NCBI GenBank assembly: GCA_007376485.1
Contig: VMGJ01000002.1
Location: forward strand, 15,134-79,133
DNA from: Parcubacteria group bacterium Licking1014_17
GTDB taxonomy: Bacteria > Patescibacteriota > Minisyncoccia > 2-02-FULL-40-12 > IGHO2-01-FULL-4-A
DNA: 64,000 bases
Reading direction: 5' to 3'
Shown here: positions 1 to 9,825 of the stretch, in pieces
Numbering within the stretch: the stretch's first letter is position 1
How the letters are laid out: each line of letters starts with the position of its first letter
Program-made: the position numbers and the translations under genes
Notes under the pieces: generated by a model
Database searches by the model: none
What the model saw: only the letters and a program-made list of their open reading frames with translations
What the model was told of the DNA's origin: nothing

Positions 1-706
1 TATCGCCGGGGAACAGTTTTTTATGTTCAAAATTGACATTCAGGGGATAAATAAAATCATTACCGTTGAAAAAAGCCCCCACGGCAACCTCCACGCCGAC
101 AGCCATTTTTTGGAGCTGGAATTTTTTTATCTTTTTTGCCCAGACTATTTTATTCTGCTCAAGAATTTCAATCAGATCTTTGCCGTCATCTTCCTGCGCT
201 AAAAACAATATTCCCTTCTGGTCTGAAGAAATATTGCCCGACGGCTTAAATACGTATCTGCCCGGGTTCGTTTTAATGAAATCTATGGCTGAATCAAAAC
301 TTGTGAAATCCCAGTGAGGAAGCGTGAGCATTCCTGCCCTTTTCATCTCGTCCTGCCCGAATTCCCTGTCTTTTTCCAGTTTGTCCGTGTATTCGCTGCC
401 CCCGACAACCAACTTCCCGGCGGCCCTCAAGGAATCGGCAATTTTCCCGAAGTCAACGTCATCAAATACAATAACATCCGCCCAATCCTTATATTTTCCC
501 CAATCATCGACTTTATCGAGTATCCCGTCGTAAACGTCCTTATCCCCTTCGCGTTCAATGTAGGCTTTTACTTCATGGCCTTCTTTTTTTACCTGCCAAG
601 CCAAATCACCGCTTAAACTTTCAAACGAAACAAATAAAAACTTCTTTGCCGGAAAAGAATTGGCGCCGTTGGTTTGTTCGTGATTGTTGTTTGAACCGTT
701 GGACAT
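1..706 (-). CDS. ATP-grasp ligase, phosphoribosylamine-glycine ligase (PurD)-like; runs off the window start
   Basis: Manual translation from ATG at 706 stays open to base 1: MSNG...DLAWQVKKEGHEV...VVGGSEYTDKLEKDREFG...YVFKPSG...VGVEVAVGAFFNG...NFEHKKLFPGD. It is absent from the ORF track because the stop lies outside the window. Confidence 0.7.
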   Translation of the reverse strand, partial: MSNGSNNNHEQTNGANSFPAKKFLFVSFESLSGDLAWQVKKEGHEVKAYIEREGDKDVYDGILDKVDDWGKYKDWADVIVFDDVDFGKIADSLRAAGKLVVGGSEYTDKLEKDREFGQDEMKRAGMLTLPHWDFTSFDSAIDFIKTNPGRYVFKPSGNISSDQKGILFLAQEDDGKDLIEILEQNKIVWAKKIKKFQLQKMAVGVEVAVGAFFNGNDFIYPLNVNFEHKKLFPGD

Positions 707-848
707 AACAAGCAAAATCAGATTAGCAACCTGATAGAAATTTTCTAAAAAGATTATCTATTTTCAGTACCGAGATTGCTTTCACTTATAATTAAAATAT
801 AGCGCAATAAAAAATACAGTCAATAACCAAAAGTTATTTTTCTGTTGA

Positions 849-1412
849 TTACTTTAAAAAAATTTCTCCGGGCTTGCATTCATTCCTGAAATATTTCCAC
901 TCTTCGCATTCAGAACCGTCTTTAAACACGCAGTAACCTGCTTGCCCGTCCTGCGTATTTCTAATATCCAGCTTGCCGCTCTGCCGTTCGCAGTAAACCG
1001 AAGCCGGATTGGCAAGCTGGGGCGCTTCGCCGCCGCTCTTTCCGTTCATATTTGTGCCGGGTGCGTTAGATTCAAACGCCGGTTTATTTTTATTCAAAAA
1101 ATAAATTGATGGGATTATAATTGCCAGTAAAACGGCAATCGTGCCGAAGGCAAAATAATACCGGCGCGATACGGGTAAAATGGCAGGTTTTTCGCCACTT
1201 TTTTGAGCATTTCTCAAATCGGCAATCTTGTCCAAAAGCTTGATTTTTAGTTCGTTTTTGAAATCTTGGTTCAGCTCGACATTCGGTTTAACTTCCATAA
1301 AAGCCGTAATTACTTTCATCCAAATTTGCTCTTCGCTTCTCAAAGACGGCTCTGATTTATACAGATTTTCCAAAATTTCTCTTATAAAATTGTTCTTTTC
1401 TTCCTGGTTCAT
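849..1412 (-). CDS. Putative membrane-anchored anti-sigma factor with C-terminal DUF333 domain
   Basis: Lies directly after an ECF sigma; one TM helix; ANPASVYC...GYC.FKDG.ECEEW DUF333 motif. Confidence 0.7.
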   Translation of the reverse strand: MNQEEKNNFIREILENLYKSEPSLRSEEQIWMKVITAFMEVKPNVELNQDFKNELKIKLLDKIADLRNAQKSGEKPAILPVSRRYYFAFGTIAVLLAIIIPSIYFLNKNKPAFESNAPGTNMNGKSGGEAPQLANPASVYCERQSGKLDIRNTQDGQAGYCVFKDGSECEEWKYFRNECKPGEIFLK

Positions 1413-1418
1413 AATTTT

Positions 1419-1976
1419 TTAAATATTTAACAAAAATAACAGCAGGCTCATCACAATTTTTCCGCGCAATTTATTGATGGCTCGCGAAAAAATCATTTTA
1501 CAATTGGTTTCGCTCTTGCCGACTATTTCCGTAATTTCCTTGTACAGTAATCCGTCCCAGATTCTCAATATTATGATTTCCTTCTGCTCCTCGTTCAGTT
1601 CCTTCAGATATTTTTTCACCTCATCCAATTTCATTCTGACATCCAGATCGCGGTTCATATCCTCTCCCGATGCCAAGTCCCAGAAATCATATATTTCAAC
1701 GTCGTCCTTTTTGGTCCGGTAGTAATCAATCACCGTATTTCGGGCAATTCTGTAAATCCATGAAGAAAAAGAACCTCTGCTTTCATCAAACGACATTAAT
1801 TTTTCAAGCGCTTTCATAAACGTCCGGCTTGTCAGGTCTTCGGCTGTTTCTTTCTGCCCCACCCGGTAGTAAATAAACCTGTAAATTTTCCCGAAATAGG
1901 CGTCGTAAAGCTTCCCGAATTCCTCCGACTGCCCTTCTTTGCACCGTCTGACAATTTGTGATTCTTCCGCTTCCAT
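1419..1976 (-). CDS. ECF RNA polymerase sigma factor
   Basis: AEDLTS.TF.KA, FSSWIYRIARN.VID and region 4 helix-turn-helix. Confidence 0.92.
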   Translation of the reverse strand: MEAEESQIVRRCKEGQSEEFGKLYDAYFGKIYRFIYYRVGQKETAEDLTSRTFMKALEKLMSFDESRGSFSSWIYRIARNTVIDYYRTKKDDVEIYDFWDLASGEDMNRDLDVRMKLDEVKKYLKELNEEQKEIIILRIWDGLLYKEITEIVGKSETNCKMIFSRAINKLRGKIVMSLLLFLLNI

Positions 1977-1981
1977 AGTTC

Positions 1982-2008
1982 ATACGACAATCACGCCGAA
2001 AAGTGACA
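1982..2008 (-). promoter_or_regulatory. Probable ECF-type autoregulatory promoter (leaderless transcript)
   Basis: Minus strand reads TGTCAC-N15-TCGTAT, ending 5 nt before the sigma ATG. Confidence 0.5.
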
Positions 2009-2015
2009 TGACATA

Positions 2016-3287
2016 TCAAACCAAGCTCCAAATCAAGGCGATTGCCGCCGCCGCCATAATTACGGTTATGAGCCAGCCCAGGATATTCGAAAACCGGGAA
2101 TTCACGCGTTCGCCCATGATTTTTTTGTTGTTTGAAATCAACATTATCAGAATTAAAAGCGGCGGAGCAAGAACGCCGTTAAGAGCCGCGGCATAATAAA
2201 GTATTTTGAACGGCGGAATAGGCAAGAAATTGATAATCAAGCCCACGACGGTCGCGATGGTGATTACCCCGTAAAATCCGTGGGCTTGGGACAGCTTTTT
2301 GTATAATCCCTCTTTCCATTGGAACGCTTCCGAGCAGGCATAAGACGCCGAAGCGGCCAAAACCGGTACTACTAAAAGTCCGGCTCCGATTATTCCGATT
2401 GCGAATAAAATATAAGCGAAATTACCGGCGATTGGGCGCAATGCTTCGGCGGCTTTGCCGGCGGTATCAACGTTCATTATTCCTAATCGCCCCAACGTAG
2501 CGGCAGCGGTCAAGATTATGAAAAAAGTAATGAAGTTTGAAAAAAACATCCCGAATACCGTGTCGGTTTTCATTTTTTTTACATCACGCTCTGTTATCCG
2601 CGGTTTTCCCACGTCCATCTCTTTCAGCTTATGCTCAACAATTTCTTCCTCGACTTCTTCGTTTGACTGCCAGAAAAAGAGATAGGGAGAAATGGTGGTT
2701 CCCAGAAAAGCAACGATGTTCAACAGATAACTTTTACTCCAAACGATTGTCGGTTTAATTGTAGAAATAAATACTTCGCCCCAATTTTGCTTGACCGCGA
2801 ACGCGGTTATCACATATGCCAAAAGAGTCAGCGCCAGATATTTCAAAAATTTTACGTACGTTTTATAGGTGATGAAAATCTCAAGAATCAAAATCAGCGC
2901 GGTTGTTCCGAGCAGCAGTACGGCGAAGGGCAGTCCGATAATTAATTTTAGGGAAGAAGCCATGGCGCCCAAATCCGCCCCGATATTTACGGTGTTGGCG
3001 AACAATAGAATGGCGATTGCGGCATAGAGAATCTTTTTTGAGTAATGGTTTCTGATTACACCGGACAGCCCTTTGCCTGTCACCAGCCCGATTCTGCCAC
3101 AAATTTCCTGAACCACAACCATAAACGGAAAAGAGTAGAGCGCCGCCCATAATTGATGATAGCCAAATTGCGACCCGGATTGAGAATAGGTGGCGATTCC
3201 CGAAGGGTCATTATCCGAAGCGCCGGTTATAAACCCGGGTCCGAGAAATTTGAAAAACTTTTTGATTTTCTTCTTTATCTCCGACAT
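2016..3287 (-). CDS. NRAMP-family divalent metal transporter
   Basis: LGPGFITGASDNDPSGIATYSQ.G and GTTISPY motifs; about 11 TM segments. Confidence 0.9.
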   Translation of the reverse strand: MSEIKKKIKKFFKFLGPGFITGASDNDPSGIATYSQSGSQFGYHQLWAALYSFPFMVVVQEICGRIGLVTGKGLSGVIRNHYSKKILYAAIAILLFANTVNIGADLGAMASSLKLIIGLPFAVLLLGTTALILILEIFITYKTYVKFLKYLALTLLAYVITAFAVKQNWGEVFISTIKPTIVWSKSYLLNIVAFLGTTISPYLFFWQSNEEVEEEIVEHKLKEMDVGKPRITERDVKKMKTDTVFGMFFSNFITFFIILTAAATLGRLGIMNVDTAGKAAEALRPIAGNFAYILFAIGIIGAGLLVVPVLAASASYACSEAFQWKEGLYKKLSQAHGFYGVITIATVVGLIINFLPIPPFKILYYAAALNGVLAPPLLILIMLISNNKKIMGERVNSRFSNILGWLITVIMAAAAIALIWSLV

Positions 3288-3374
3288 CTACGATTATATT
3301 TTAGCACAAAACCGCAATTTATTAATAAAGACCGGGCGTGCGAAACCACCCGGTCTTAAAAAGGACAGTGCTTC

Positions 3375-3668
3375 TTAATGTCCTACCGATTCAACCAATG
3401 TGAAATAATAATTGAGCACCTCCGCCAGTTCACCCGTATCATCAATGAAGCCAATGAACACATCGCCCCCGTGTTTCAGAATTTCTGAAATTGTGAATGG
3501 ACCCCTGCCGTGTCCCCGAATTAATAATTCTATATCTGCTTTGATGCAACCCTGGTCAAATACTTTCGGGTCCAAAAAGCATATTTCATCCTCGATATGG
3601 ACTATTTTATTCATCCATCCACGAGAATCGCAAATGAAAGTTTCTTTTAACTTTACACAAGTTAACAT
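3375..3668 (-). CDS. Hypothetical protein
   Basis: 97-aa ORF with GGAG RBS, followed by a terminator-like hairpin at about 3328-3358. Confidence 0.5.
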   Translation of the reverse strand: MLTCVKLKETFICDSRGWMNKIVHIEDEICFLDPKVFDQGCIKADIELLIRGHGRGPFTISEILKHGGDVFIGFIDDTGELAEVLNYYFTLVESVGH

Positions 3669-3893
3669 AGCCGTATCTCCTATTTCCGATTTCTGATTTA
3701 TTTAAGTTGACAAGGAACCAAAACCAAAATAGCACTTGCGCGCTACAAATGCAAATACCTCTATACACAAAAATTACCTCAAATAATCGGCTATATTAAT
3801 CCAATTGGCGAGTTCCGACGGATTTGACACATACCCGCGGGTGTCAATACTCGCGCCTTTATGGATTCCCAGATGCAGGTGTTTTCTTTTAAC

Positions 3894-4326
3894 TTACTGG
3901 CTGGGGGTTGGCGTCGGATTCGGTGTGCCGGTTGGAATTGGCCTGATTTGAATTGATTGGGCGGTAATACTGCCGTCCGAATTAGCCGTGCCGGTGATAG
4001 TCACGGATTTGCCGATTTCCAAATCGCTTGGCGTTCCGCCGGCAAACTTGCTTATCTCGGTAGTACCCGAATAAAAAACGATTTTGGATCCGCCGTCTCT
4101 TAATTTAACAGTGATGCTTTGATTGTCCTTGGCGATTATATCCCCAGCGGTAAAATTACCGCCGGCCGTGCCGCCCCTCGCGCCGCGAAGTCCGCTGAAG
4201 TTTGCCACGCCGGCTACGCCGGATTCCTTGAGGCAAACTACCCTTGGCATATTGCATCCCGCCGAAAAATCCGGCGCCTCCGAAAACAACCGCGGCGACA
4301 ACTGCCGCCAATACTGTCTTATTCAT
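3894..4326 (-). pseudogene. Frameshifted DUF5666-like membrane-anchored protein
   Basis: ATG at 4326 gives [29 protein letters not shown]; the C-terminal GDIIAKD..SITV...[20 protein letters not shown] part is in another frame; span 433 nt. Confidence 0.6.
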
Positions 4327-4332
4327 TTTTTA

Positions 4333-5556
4333 TTATTCATAACGTAACGCCTCTATGGGATTAAGCCCTGCCGCGCGCCTCGCGGGGTAGTAACCGAAAA
4401 TAATCCCAATAGCCGTCGATACGCCGAACGCTAATATTATCGAAGATAAAGAAATAGAAGTGGTAATACCGCCGAACTTTGAAACCAATAGGCTGGTAAT
4501 CCAACCAACAATCACGCCCGCCGCACCGCCGATGAAGGTAAGCATCACCGCCTCGGCTAAAAATTGCTGGCTGATATCTTTACGTTTGGCGCCGACCGCC
4601 TTGCGAAGGCCGATTTCTCGGGTTCTTTCGGTAACCGTGGTCAGCATCATATTCATAATGCCGATTCCGCCGACTATGAGCGATATGCCGGCGACTGAAC
4701 CAAGAAGAATTGTAAATGTATCGGCGATAGACGATGCGGCGGCGACAATATCGGTCTGGTTCATAATGCTAAAATCGGCCAATGTCGGGTCGGAAATATT
4801 ATGCCGCCCCAAAAGCAGACTGGTTATCTGGCTTTGGGTTTCAGTCATTACCTTTTGGCTGGAGGCCTGCACACTTATCGTGCTCACATAATTGCCGCCC
4901 GACAGAAAACGCTGTGCCGAAGAAATTGGCACGAAAATCATATCATCCTGGTTACTGAAACCGCTCCCGCCCTTGCTTTTTGTAACGCCGATAATCTTGA
5001 ATTCGATTTTTTTAATGCGGATTGCCTGCCCAACCGGATCTACGCCTTCGCCGAAAAGATCATCTCTAACTGTCGGCCCTATCACAACCACCTTAGATAA
5101 ACTTCTTATGTGCTGGCCGGTGATAAAAGAGCCGGAATCAATCTCTATGTTCCTGATTTGTGGGTAGTCGGCAGTCGTACCCAAGACCTGCGTGTTAGTG
5201 TTTGTGCCTTTAGCTGCTATCTGGTAGCGGCCGCTTAATTCCGGCGCCACCGCTGCCACTGTCGGGATTTCCTGCCGAATGGCTTCGGCGTCATCCAGGG
5301 TTAAACTCTGGGCGCTGCCCCGACCAGAACTCACCTGGAAGCCCAGCCCGCGTTGAGTGCCGGGCATAACAATTATCAGATTTGAGCCAAGGGATTGGAT
5401 ATTATTTTCAATAGTGCTTTTGGCGCCCTGGCCTATGGAAATCATGGCGATAACCGAACCGATGCCGATGATAATGCCCAAAACCGTTAGGCCGGAACGG
5501 GCCTTGTTCACCAGAAGCGCCATAGATGTTTCTTTGAACAAGTCGGGATATTTCAT
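4333..5556 (-). CDS. MacB/FtsX-family ABC transporter permease
   Basis: RSGLTVLGIIIGI, VGGIGIMNMML..VTERTREIGLRKAVGA, PIEALRYE. Confidence 0.93.
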   Translation of the reverse strand: MKYPDLFKETSMALLVNKARSGLTVLGIIIGIGSVIAMISIGQGAKSTIENNIQSLGSNLIIVMPGTQRGLGFQVSSGRGSAQSLTLDDAEAIRQEIPTVAAVAPELSGRYQIAAKGTNTNTQVLGTTADYPQIRNIEIDSGSFITGQHIRSLSKVVVIGPTVRDDLFGEGVDPVGQAIRIKKIEFKIIGVTKSKGGSGFSNQDDMIFVPISSAQRFLSGGNYVSTISVQASSQKVMTETQSQITSLLLGRHNISDPTLADFSIMNQTDIVAAASSIADTFTILLGSVAGISLIVGGIGIMNMMLTTVTERTREIGLRKAVGAKRKDISQQFLAEAVMLTFIGGAAGVIVGWITSLLVSKFGGITTSISLSSIILAFGVSTAIGIIFGYYPARRAAGLNPIEALRYE

Positions 5557-5560
5557 TAAT

Positions 5561-6280
5561 TTACTTGAACGGGACTTTAGTTCTCAATTTATTTTGATTT
5601 TTTTTATCGCCGACAATCAGGCCATCGCGGATTTCAATGATACGATCGGCGTGTTCAGCCACATAACGCTCGTGGGTAATTAAAATAACCGTGCGTTTTT
5701 GTTTCTCGTTCAGTATTTGAAAAGTGTAAAGCACGACTTCGCCGGTCTTAGTGTCTAAATTACCGGTCGGCTCGTCGGCTAAAATTATAGAAGGGTTGTT
5801 CACCAGCGCCCGGGCGATAGCCACGCGCTGCATCTGGCCGCCGGAGAGCTGATTGGAACGGTGTTGGTAATGGCTTTCATCTAAGCCAGTATTTTTAAGC
5901 GCTTCCTTGGCGCGGGTTTCTCTTTTTTCCTCGGGCGTATTCGTATACATCAGAGGTAGCATGGCATTACGCAAAACTGTGGCCCTGGGCAGTAAGTTGA
6001 ACGACTGGAAAACAAAACCAAGCTTATCTTTGCGGATGTCAGCCAGTTCATCATCGGACAATTTGGAAACATCATGGCCATCGAGAATGTACTGGCCGCT
6101 GGTAGGCGTATCCAGTGCCCCGATAATATTCATAAGCGTTGATTTGCCCGAACCAGACGGTCCCATAATAGCCACGAATTCACCGTCTTTAATACTAAAG
6201 GTTAATCCTTTCAAGACGGTCGTTTCCACGTTGCCGTTGCCGCTTTTGTAAATTTTAGTAATATTTTTACAATCAATCAT
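5561..6280 (-). CDS. ABC transporter ATP-binding protein (MacB/LolD type)
   Basis: [33 protein letters not shown]; start reassigned to MIDCKN at 6280. Confidence 0.93.
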   Translation of the reverse strand: MIDCKNITKIYKSGNGNVETTVLKGLTFSIKDGEFVAIMGPSGSGKSTLMNIIGALDTPTSGQYILDGHDVSKLSDDELADIRKDKLGFVFQSFNLLPRATVLRNAMLPLMYTNTPEEKRETRAKEALKNTGLDESHYQHRSNQLSGGQMQRVAIARALVNNPSIILADEPTGNLDTKTGEVVLYTFQILNEKQKRTVILITHERYVAEHADRIIEIRDGLIVGDKKNQNKLRTKVPFK

Positions 6281-6284
6281 ATTT

Positions 6285-8051
6285 TTAACGGGAACCGTTA
6301 AGTCCTCTTGTTCCCCCGCCCGCATTAAGAATACTTCTGTTTTGAGTTGAACTTTGAGTACTGGCTGTTGAAGAAGTAATAGTGCGGGTAACAATCACAT
6401 CGCCTTCTTTTAGTCCGTCGGTGATTTCAGCATAAGAATCGCTGATTAGCCCGACTGTTATTGTTTGCCGCTTCGGTTGGGAATCAAGAACAATGCCGGC
6501 GCTGCTTGCGCTCTGGGCTAAAAGTTCATTGGCGGAACTGGAAGCCTCGCTCGGCATTTCCACGTAGCTGAAATCACTCGAAGTTTTAATCGCTGAGAGC
6601 GGCACCATGAGAACGTTTTGTTTTGAATCCGTGATAATGGATGCCGAAACGCTCATTCCCGGTTTAATCCGGCTATCTTCAGCGTCAAGGCCGATTTTGA
6701 TATTGTAGCTGACAACTCCCTGGCTCACCGCCCCGATAATATCCACATCAGCTACTTTGCCGGTGATGGTTAGATTTTCCACGGCATCAAACGTTAAAGT
6801 AACTTTTTGGTCAATTTTAATCTTAGCCACATCAACTTCATTGAGGGAAATCTCGGCAATCCTTTGATTAGAAATTACCGTGACTGCGGCAGTGCCTCCG
6901 GAAGCGGAGTCCCCGCGCTTAATATTTACCGCTGCTACCGTGCCGGCAAAAGGCGCCCGAACGTAATAATTAGCCAGATTATCCTTGGCGTCCTGCAGCA
7001 CTGCTTGCCGCTGCTGCACTGCTATTTGCTGGCTGGCTAAGTCGAGGGGGTTGCTTTGCTGAGCATTACTAAAATTTCTCTGGGCGCTGGCCAAATTCTG
7101 TTGATTTGAGGTGATTGAATTCTGGATATTCGCCAGTGTATTTATATGGCTGTTCAGTTTGCTTACATAGCCGGCGATATCGGATTGATATTGGGTGATG
7201 GCCGAAGGGATTGGTCGCGAAGTTTGATATTGTTTCATGCTTAAAACCACGGTATCAAGAATGTTCTGTTCGTCTTTAACCGTTTGGGCCATCAATTTGA
7301 CAGTTTCAAGCGTTTCATTAATGAGGACGATGATTTGCTCCGGTGAAGAATAGCGGCTGGTGTTTTTGTAGTTATCAAAATTAGCGCTGAATTTTGCCGC
7401 CGCCGTTTGATAGTTGCCCGCGGACTGATAAATCATAACGTCCATCTGAAAAACACTGTATTGATCCATTAAGTCCCGATAAGCGCCGGTGTTAGCCTGA
7501 GTTGAGCTGCCAACCTTGGCATCGTAAAGAATGCCGCGAATACCGGTTGAAATGTCGGGCAGGTCGAGAAAAGCGTTGGCTACGCCGTTGAATCCGTTTT
7601 GATAGGCCTGCCCCAAATTGCTCTGGGCGTTGGTAATCGTATCTTGCAATTGGGGGATACTGGAACTTTGGCTCAGTTTGGTTTTTTGTAAGCTTATTTG
7701 AGCATTTTCCAAACTAATTTCTGCGTCCCGGATGGCTTTCAAAGCATCTTGGGTATTAAGTTGAACCAGTAAAGTTCCGGCCCGGACGGCTTGTCCGTTT
7801 TTTACACCCACGTAGACCACGTCGCCGGAGACCTTTGGTTTTACATCCACCTGATTTGATGCCGAAATCTGCCCGCTTCCCGAAATGGAAGATATTATTG
7901 TTCCTTTTTGGACGCTGGCGAGTACATATTGAGATGCTGCCGTGCCGCCACTGCCTCTGACCAGCAAATAAATTATAACGATTACCACCAGCGCCGAAAC
8001 CGCGGAAATTACTTTGTGTTTGCTGATAATTTTTTTAATTTTTTGTATCAT
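6285..8051 (-). CDS. Efflux periplasmic adaptor (MacA/HlyD family) with long coiled coil
   Basis: N-terminal TM, VDVKPKVSG.V, APFAGTV, IKPGMS, GLKEGD. Confidence 0.88.
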   Translation of the reverse strand: MIQKIKKIISKHKVISAVSALVVIVIIYLLVRGSGGTAASQYVLASVQKGTIISSISGSGQISASNQVDVKPKVSGDVVYVGVKNGQAVRAGTLLVQLNTQDALKAIRDAEISLENAQISLQKTKLSQSSSIPQLQDTITNAQSNLGQAYQNGFNGVANAFLDLPDISTGIRGILYDAKVGSSTQANTGAYRDLMDQYSVFQMDVMIYQSAGNYQTAAAKFSANFDNYKNTSRYSSPEQIIVLINETLETVKLMAQTVKDEQNILDTVVLSMKQYQTSRPIPSAITQYQSDIAGYVSKLNSHINTLANIQNSITSNQQNLASAQRNFSNAQQSNPLDLASQQIAVQQRQAVLQDAKDNLANYYVRAPFAGTVAAVNIKRGDSASGGTAAVTVISNQRIAEISLNEVDVAKIKIDQKVTLTFDAVENLTITGKVADVDIIGAVSQGVVSYNIKIGLDAEDSRIKPGMSVSASIITDSKQNVLMVPLSAIKTSSDFSYVEMPSEASSSANELLAQSASSAGIVLDSQPKRQTITVGLISDSYAEITDGLKEGDVIVTRTITSSTASTQSSTQNRSILNAGGGTRGLNGSR

Positions 8052-8067
8052 TTATAAAATATTAATA

Positions 8068-8574
8068 TTAACGCGGCGCTAAAGGCATTGGCGACATTGG
8101 CATTGACGGCAACACTCTGATGAATTTCGCCATTATCTGGCCGGAATTGTCTGGATTGCCGATTATTACGATGTTATTGCCCACCTTCAAATCATTGGGA
8201 CTGACAGTATCCCGTAAATATCTGGTTACCGTGTCGTTTTCAACGATGACAATCTTTTCGACGTTATCCTGCCCCTTAATAATTAACGTCGGCCCTGATT
8301 TCTCCAGACTTGCCGGGGGGTCAATTTTAATAATCAAACCAGCCACGCCGTGGCCATCGGATAGATCTCCTCCGCCTAAACCACCGAATAAGCCGCCTCT
8401 GGGACCGCCGAAGTTCCGGTGATAGTTTTCAGCCCATGTGTATGAAAATCCCGCCTTGCGATATCCAATCATCATGCCGATACTAAACGTTCCTACCAGC
8501 ACAGCAATGCCAAACAACACAAGAATAATGACCATGAACATTTTTGATTTTAAAAATTGTATAAAATTGTCCAT
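8068..8574 (-). CDS. Membrane-anchored hypothetical protein (DUF5666-like)
   Basis: N-terminal TM; DLKVG..IVIIG.P...GQI.AKFIRV. Confidence 0.65.
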   Translation of the reverse strand: MDNFIQFLKSKMFMVIILVLFGIAVLVGTFSIGMMIGYRKAGFSYTWAENYHRNFGGPRGGLFGGLGGGDLSDGHGVAGLIIKIDPPASLEKSGPTLIIKGQDNVEKIVIVENDTVTRYLRDTVSPNDLKVGNNIVIIGNPDNSGQIMAKFIRVLPSMPMSPMPLAPR

Positions 8575-8588
8575 ATTATTATTAATTA

Positions 8589-9014
8589 TTATTTTTTATT
8601 ACGGGTAGATTTTATTAACGAAACAAACTTTTCGTAATTTGAGCCTACAAATTTCACAAACAGCAGCACAAAAGTCAGAGGGATTAAGAAAATAACTATG
8701 GAGCTTCCGGGCATCGATTCCAAGAGAGACAAAATAAAACTTTGCCAGTATTTAATCACTATGCCCGGGTCGGAATATATTAAAGACAAATAAGGGCCGA
8801 AACTGGATTCTGACAACACTTCCTTTAAACCGATAAACGCGAAAATTGACAGAAAAAGGAAAACCGCCGCGGCTGCGATAAAAACCCCCAAATGCCTCTT
8901 AACCAAGCGGATTCGTTTTTCAAGCCCCAGACGCCTGATTATCCGCGAAAAAAGACCATGGGGTGGTTCCATCGGAACAATATAGTCGTAATTTGTTTTC
9001 TCATTTTCCCGCAT
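8589..9014 (-). CDS. Putative anti-sigma membrane protein
   Basis: EPP.GL..RI motif plus two TM helices; lies downstream of an ECF sigma. Confidence 0.6.
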   Translation of the reverse strand: MRENEKTNYDYIVPMEPPHGLFSRIIRRLGLEKRIRLVKRHLGVFIAAAAVFLFLSIFAFIGLKEVLSESSFGPYLSLIYSDPGIVIKYWQSFILSLLESMPGSSIVIFLIPLTFVLLFVKFVGSNYEKFVSLIKSTRNKK

Positions 9015-9031
9015 AAGCCCCTACGATATCA

Positions 9032-9059
9032 ATACGACCGGCTTATGCCTTTTGGTTCA
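9032..9059 (-). promoter_or_regulatory. Probable ECF-type promoter for the anti-sigma/efflux operon
   Basis: Minus strand reads TGAACC-N16-TCGTAT. Confidence 0.5.
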
Positions 9060-9174
9060 TCCCGAACGAAGCAGCAACAGCCAGACATAAGTTAGCGTGT
9101 GTCTACTGGCTATTCATTTAATGACTATGATCAGCCATTTATGAACCCGCAAGGGCTACTTTGTACGGGATTCG

Positions 9175-9741
9175 CTATTTTGAGGTCAGTATCTTTTTCA
9201 ACAACAAAATACCCCTAAAATATTGAGTTTTGACGGTATTTATCGGCTTTTCAAGCAATTCCGCGATCTCCCGAAATTTCAAGCCGTCATTAATATGCAT
9301 ATTTATGACCGAGTTATACTGGGCCGGCAGTCTCGCCAACGCCAAAGATAATCCCCTTGCGGTTTCCTTTGATGATAAGAAATCAACAACCGACGGAGCC
9401 ATGTCCGGTATGTTGTCAACAAAACTATGCTCGCTCTGGTCATCTTTAATTTTCGAAAACGGCACCGCGGTTTTTTTCTTGAGCCAGTCAATGGCGGTAT
9501 GTTTGGCTATAGTAAAAATCCACGCCCTAAAGCTTTTAAACTCATCGAAACGCTTTAGGTTTCGCCATACCTTAATGAAAACTTCTTGGGTTATATCAGA
9601 GGCGTTGCCCGTGCTGCCCGTATATCTGCGGACAAATCCGTACACGAGAGGAAGATACCGCGCGACAAGACTCTCGAGAGCCGACTCATCGCTATCTTTT
9701 AAATAACGCGCGATTAATTGTTCATCTGTGAACTGATTCAT
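9175..9741 (-). CDS. ECF RNA polymerase sigma factor
   Basis: DEQLI, DITQEVFIKVW, FRAWIFTIA, EIAELLEKPINTVKT; start reassigned to MNQFTD. Confidence 0.92.
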   Translation of the reverse strand: MNQFTDEQLIARYLKDSDESALESLVARYLPLVYGFVRRYTGSTGNASDITQEVFIKVWRNLKRFDEFKSFRAWIFTIAKHTAIDWLKKKTAVPFSKIKDDQSEHSFVDNIPDMAPSVVDFLSSKETARGLSLALARLPAQYNSVINMHINDGLKFREIAELLEKPINTVKTQYFRGILLLKKILTSK

Positions 9742-9825
9742 GATTAAAACAAAATTATAACATATCCGATCAAGAAACAGCAGTTGAGACAACAAGTCTC
9801 CCGCGCTCGGTTAATTAGAAAAGTT

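Noticed and set aside
2016-2018. Code 25 (TGA as Gly) as in Gracilibacteria/Absconditabacteria
   Set aside because: Long core genes translate fully under code 11 and TGA terminates genes such as the NRAMP transporter
6281-6394. Long overlap of the ABC ATPase with the adaptor gene
   Set aside because: Artefact of upstream start choice; the real start is at 6280
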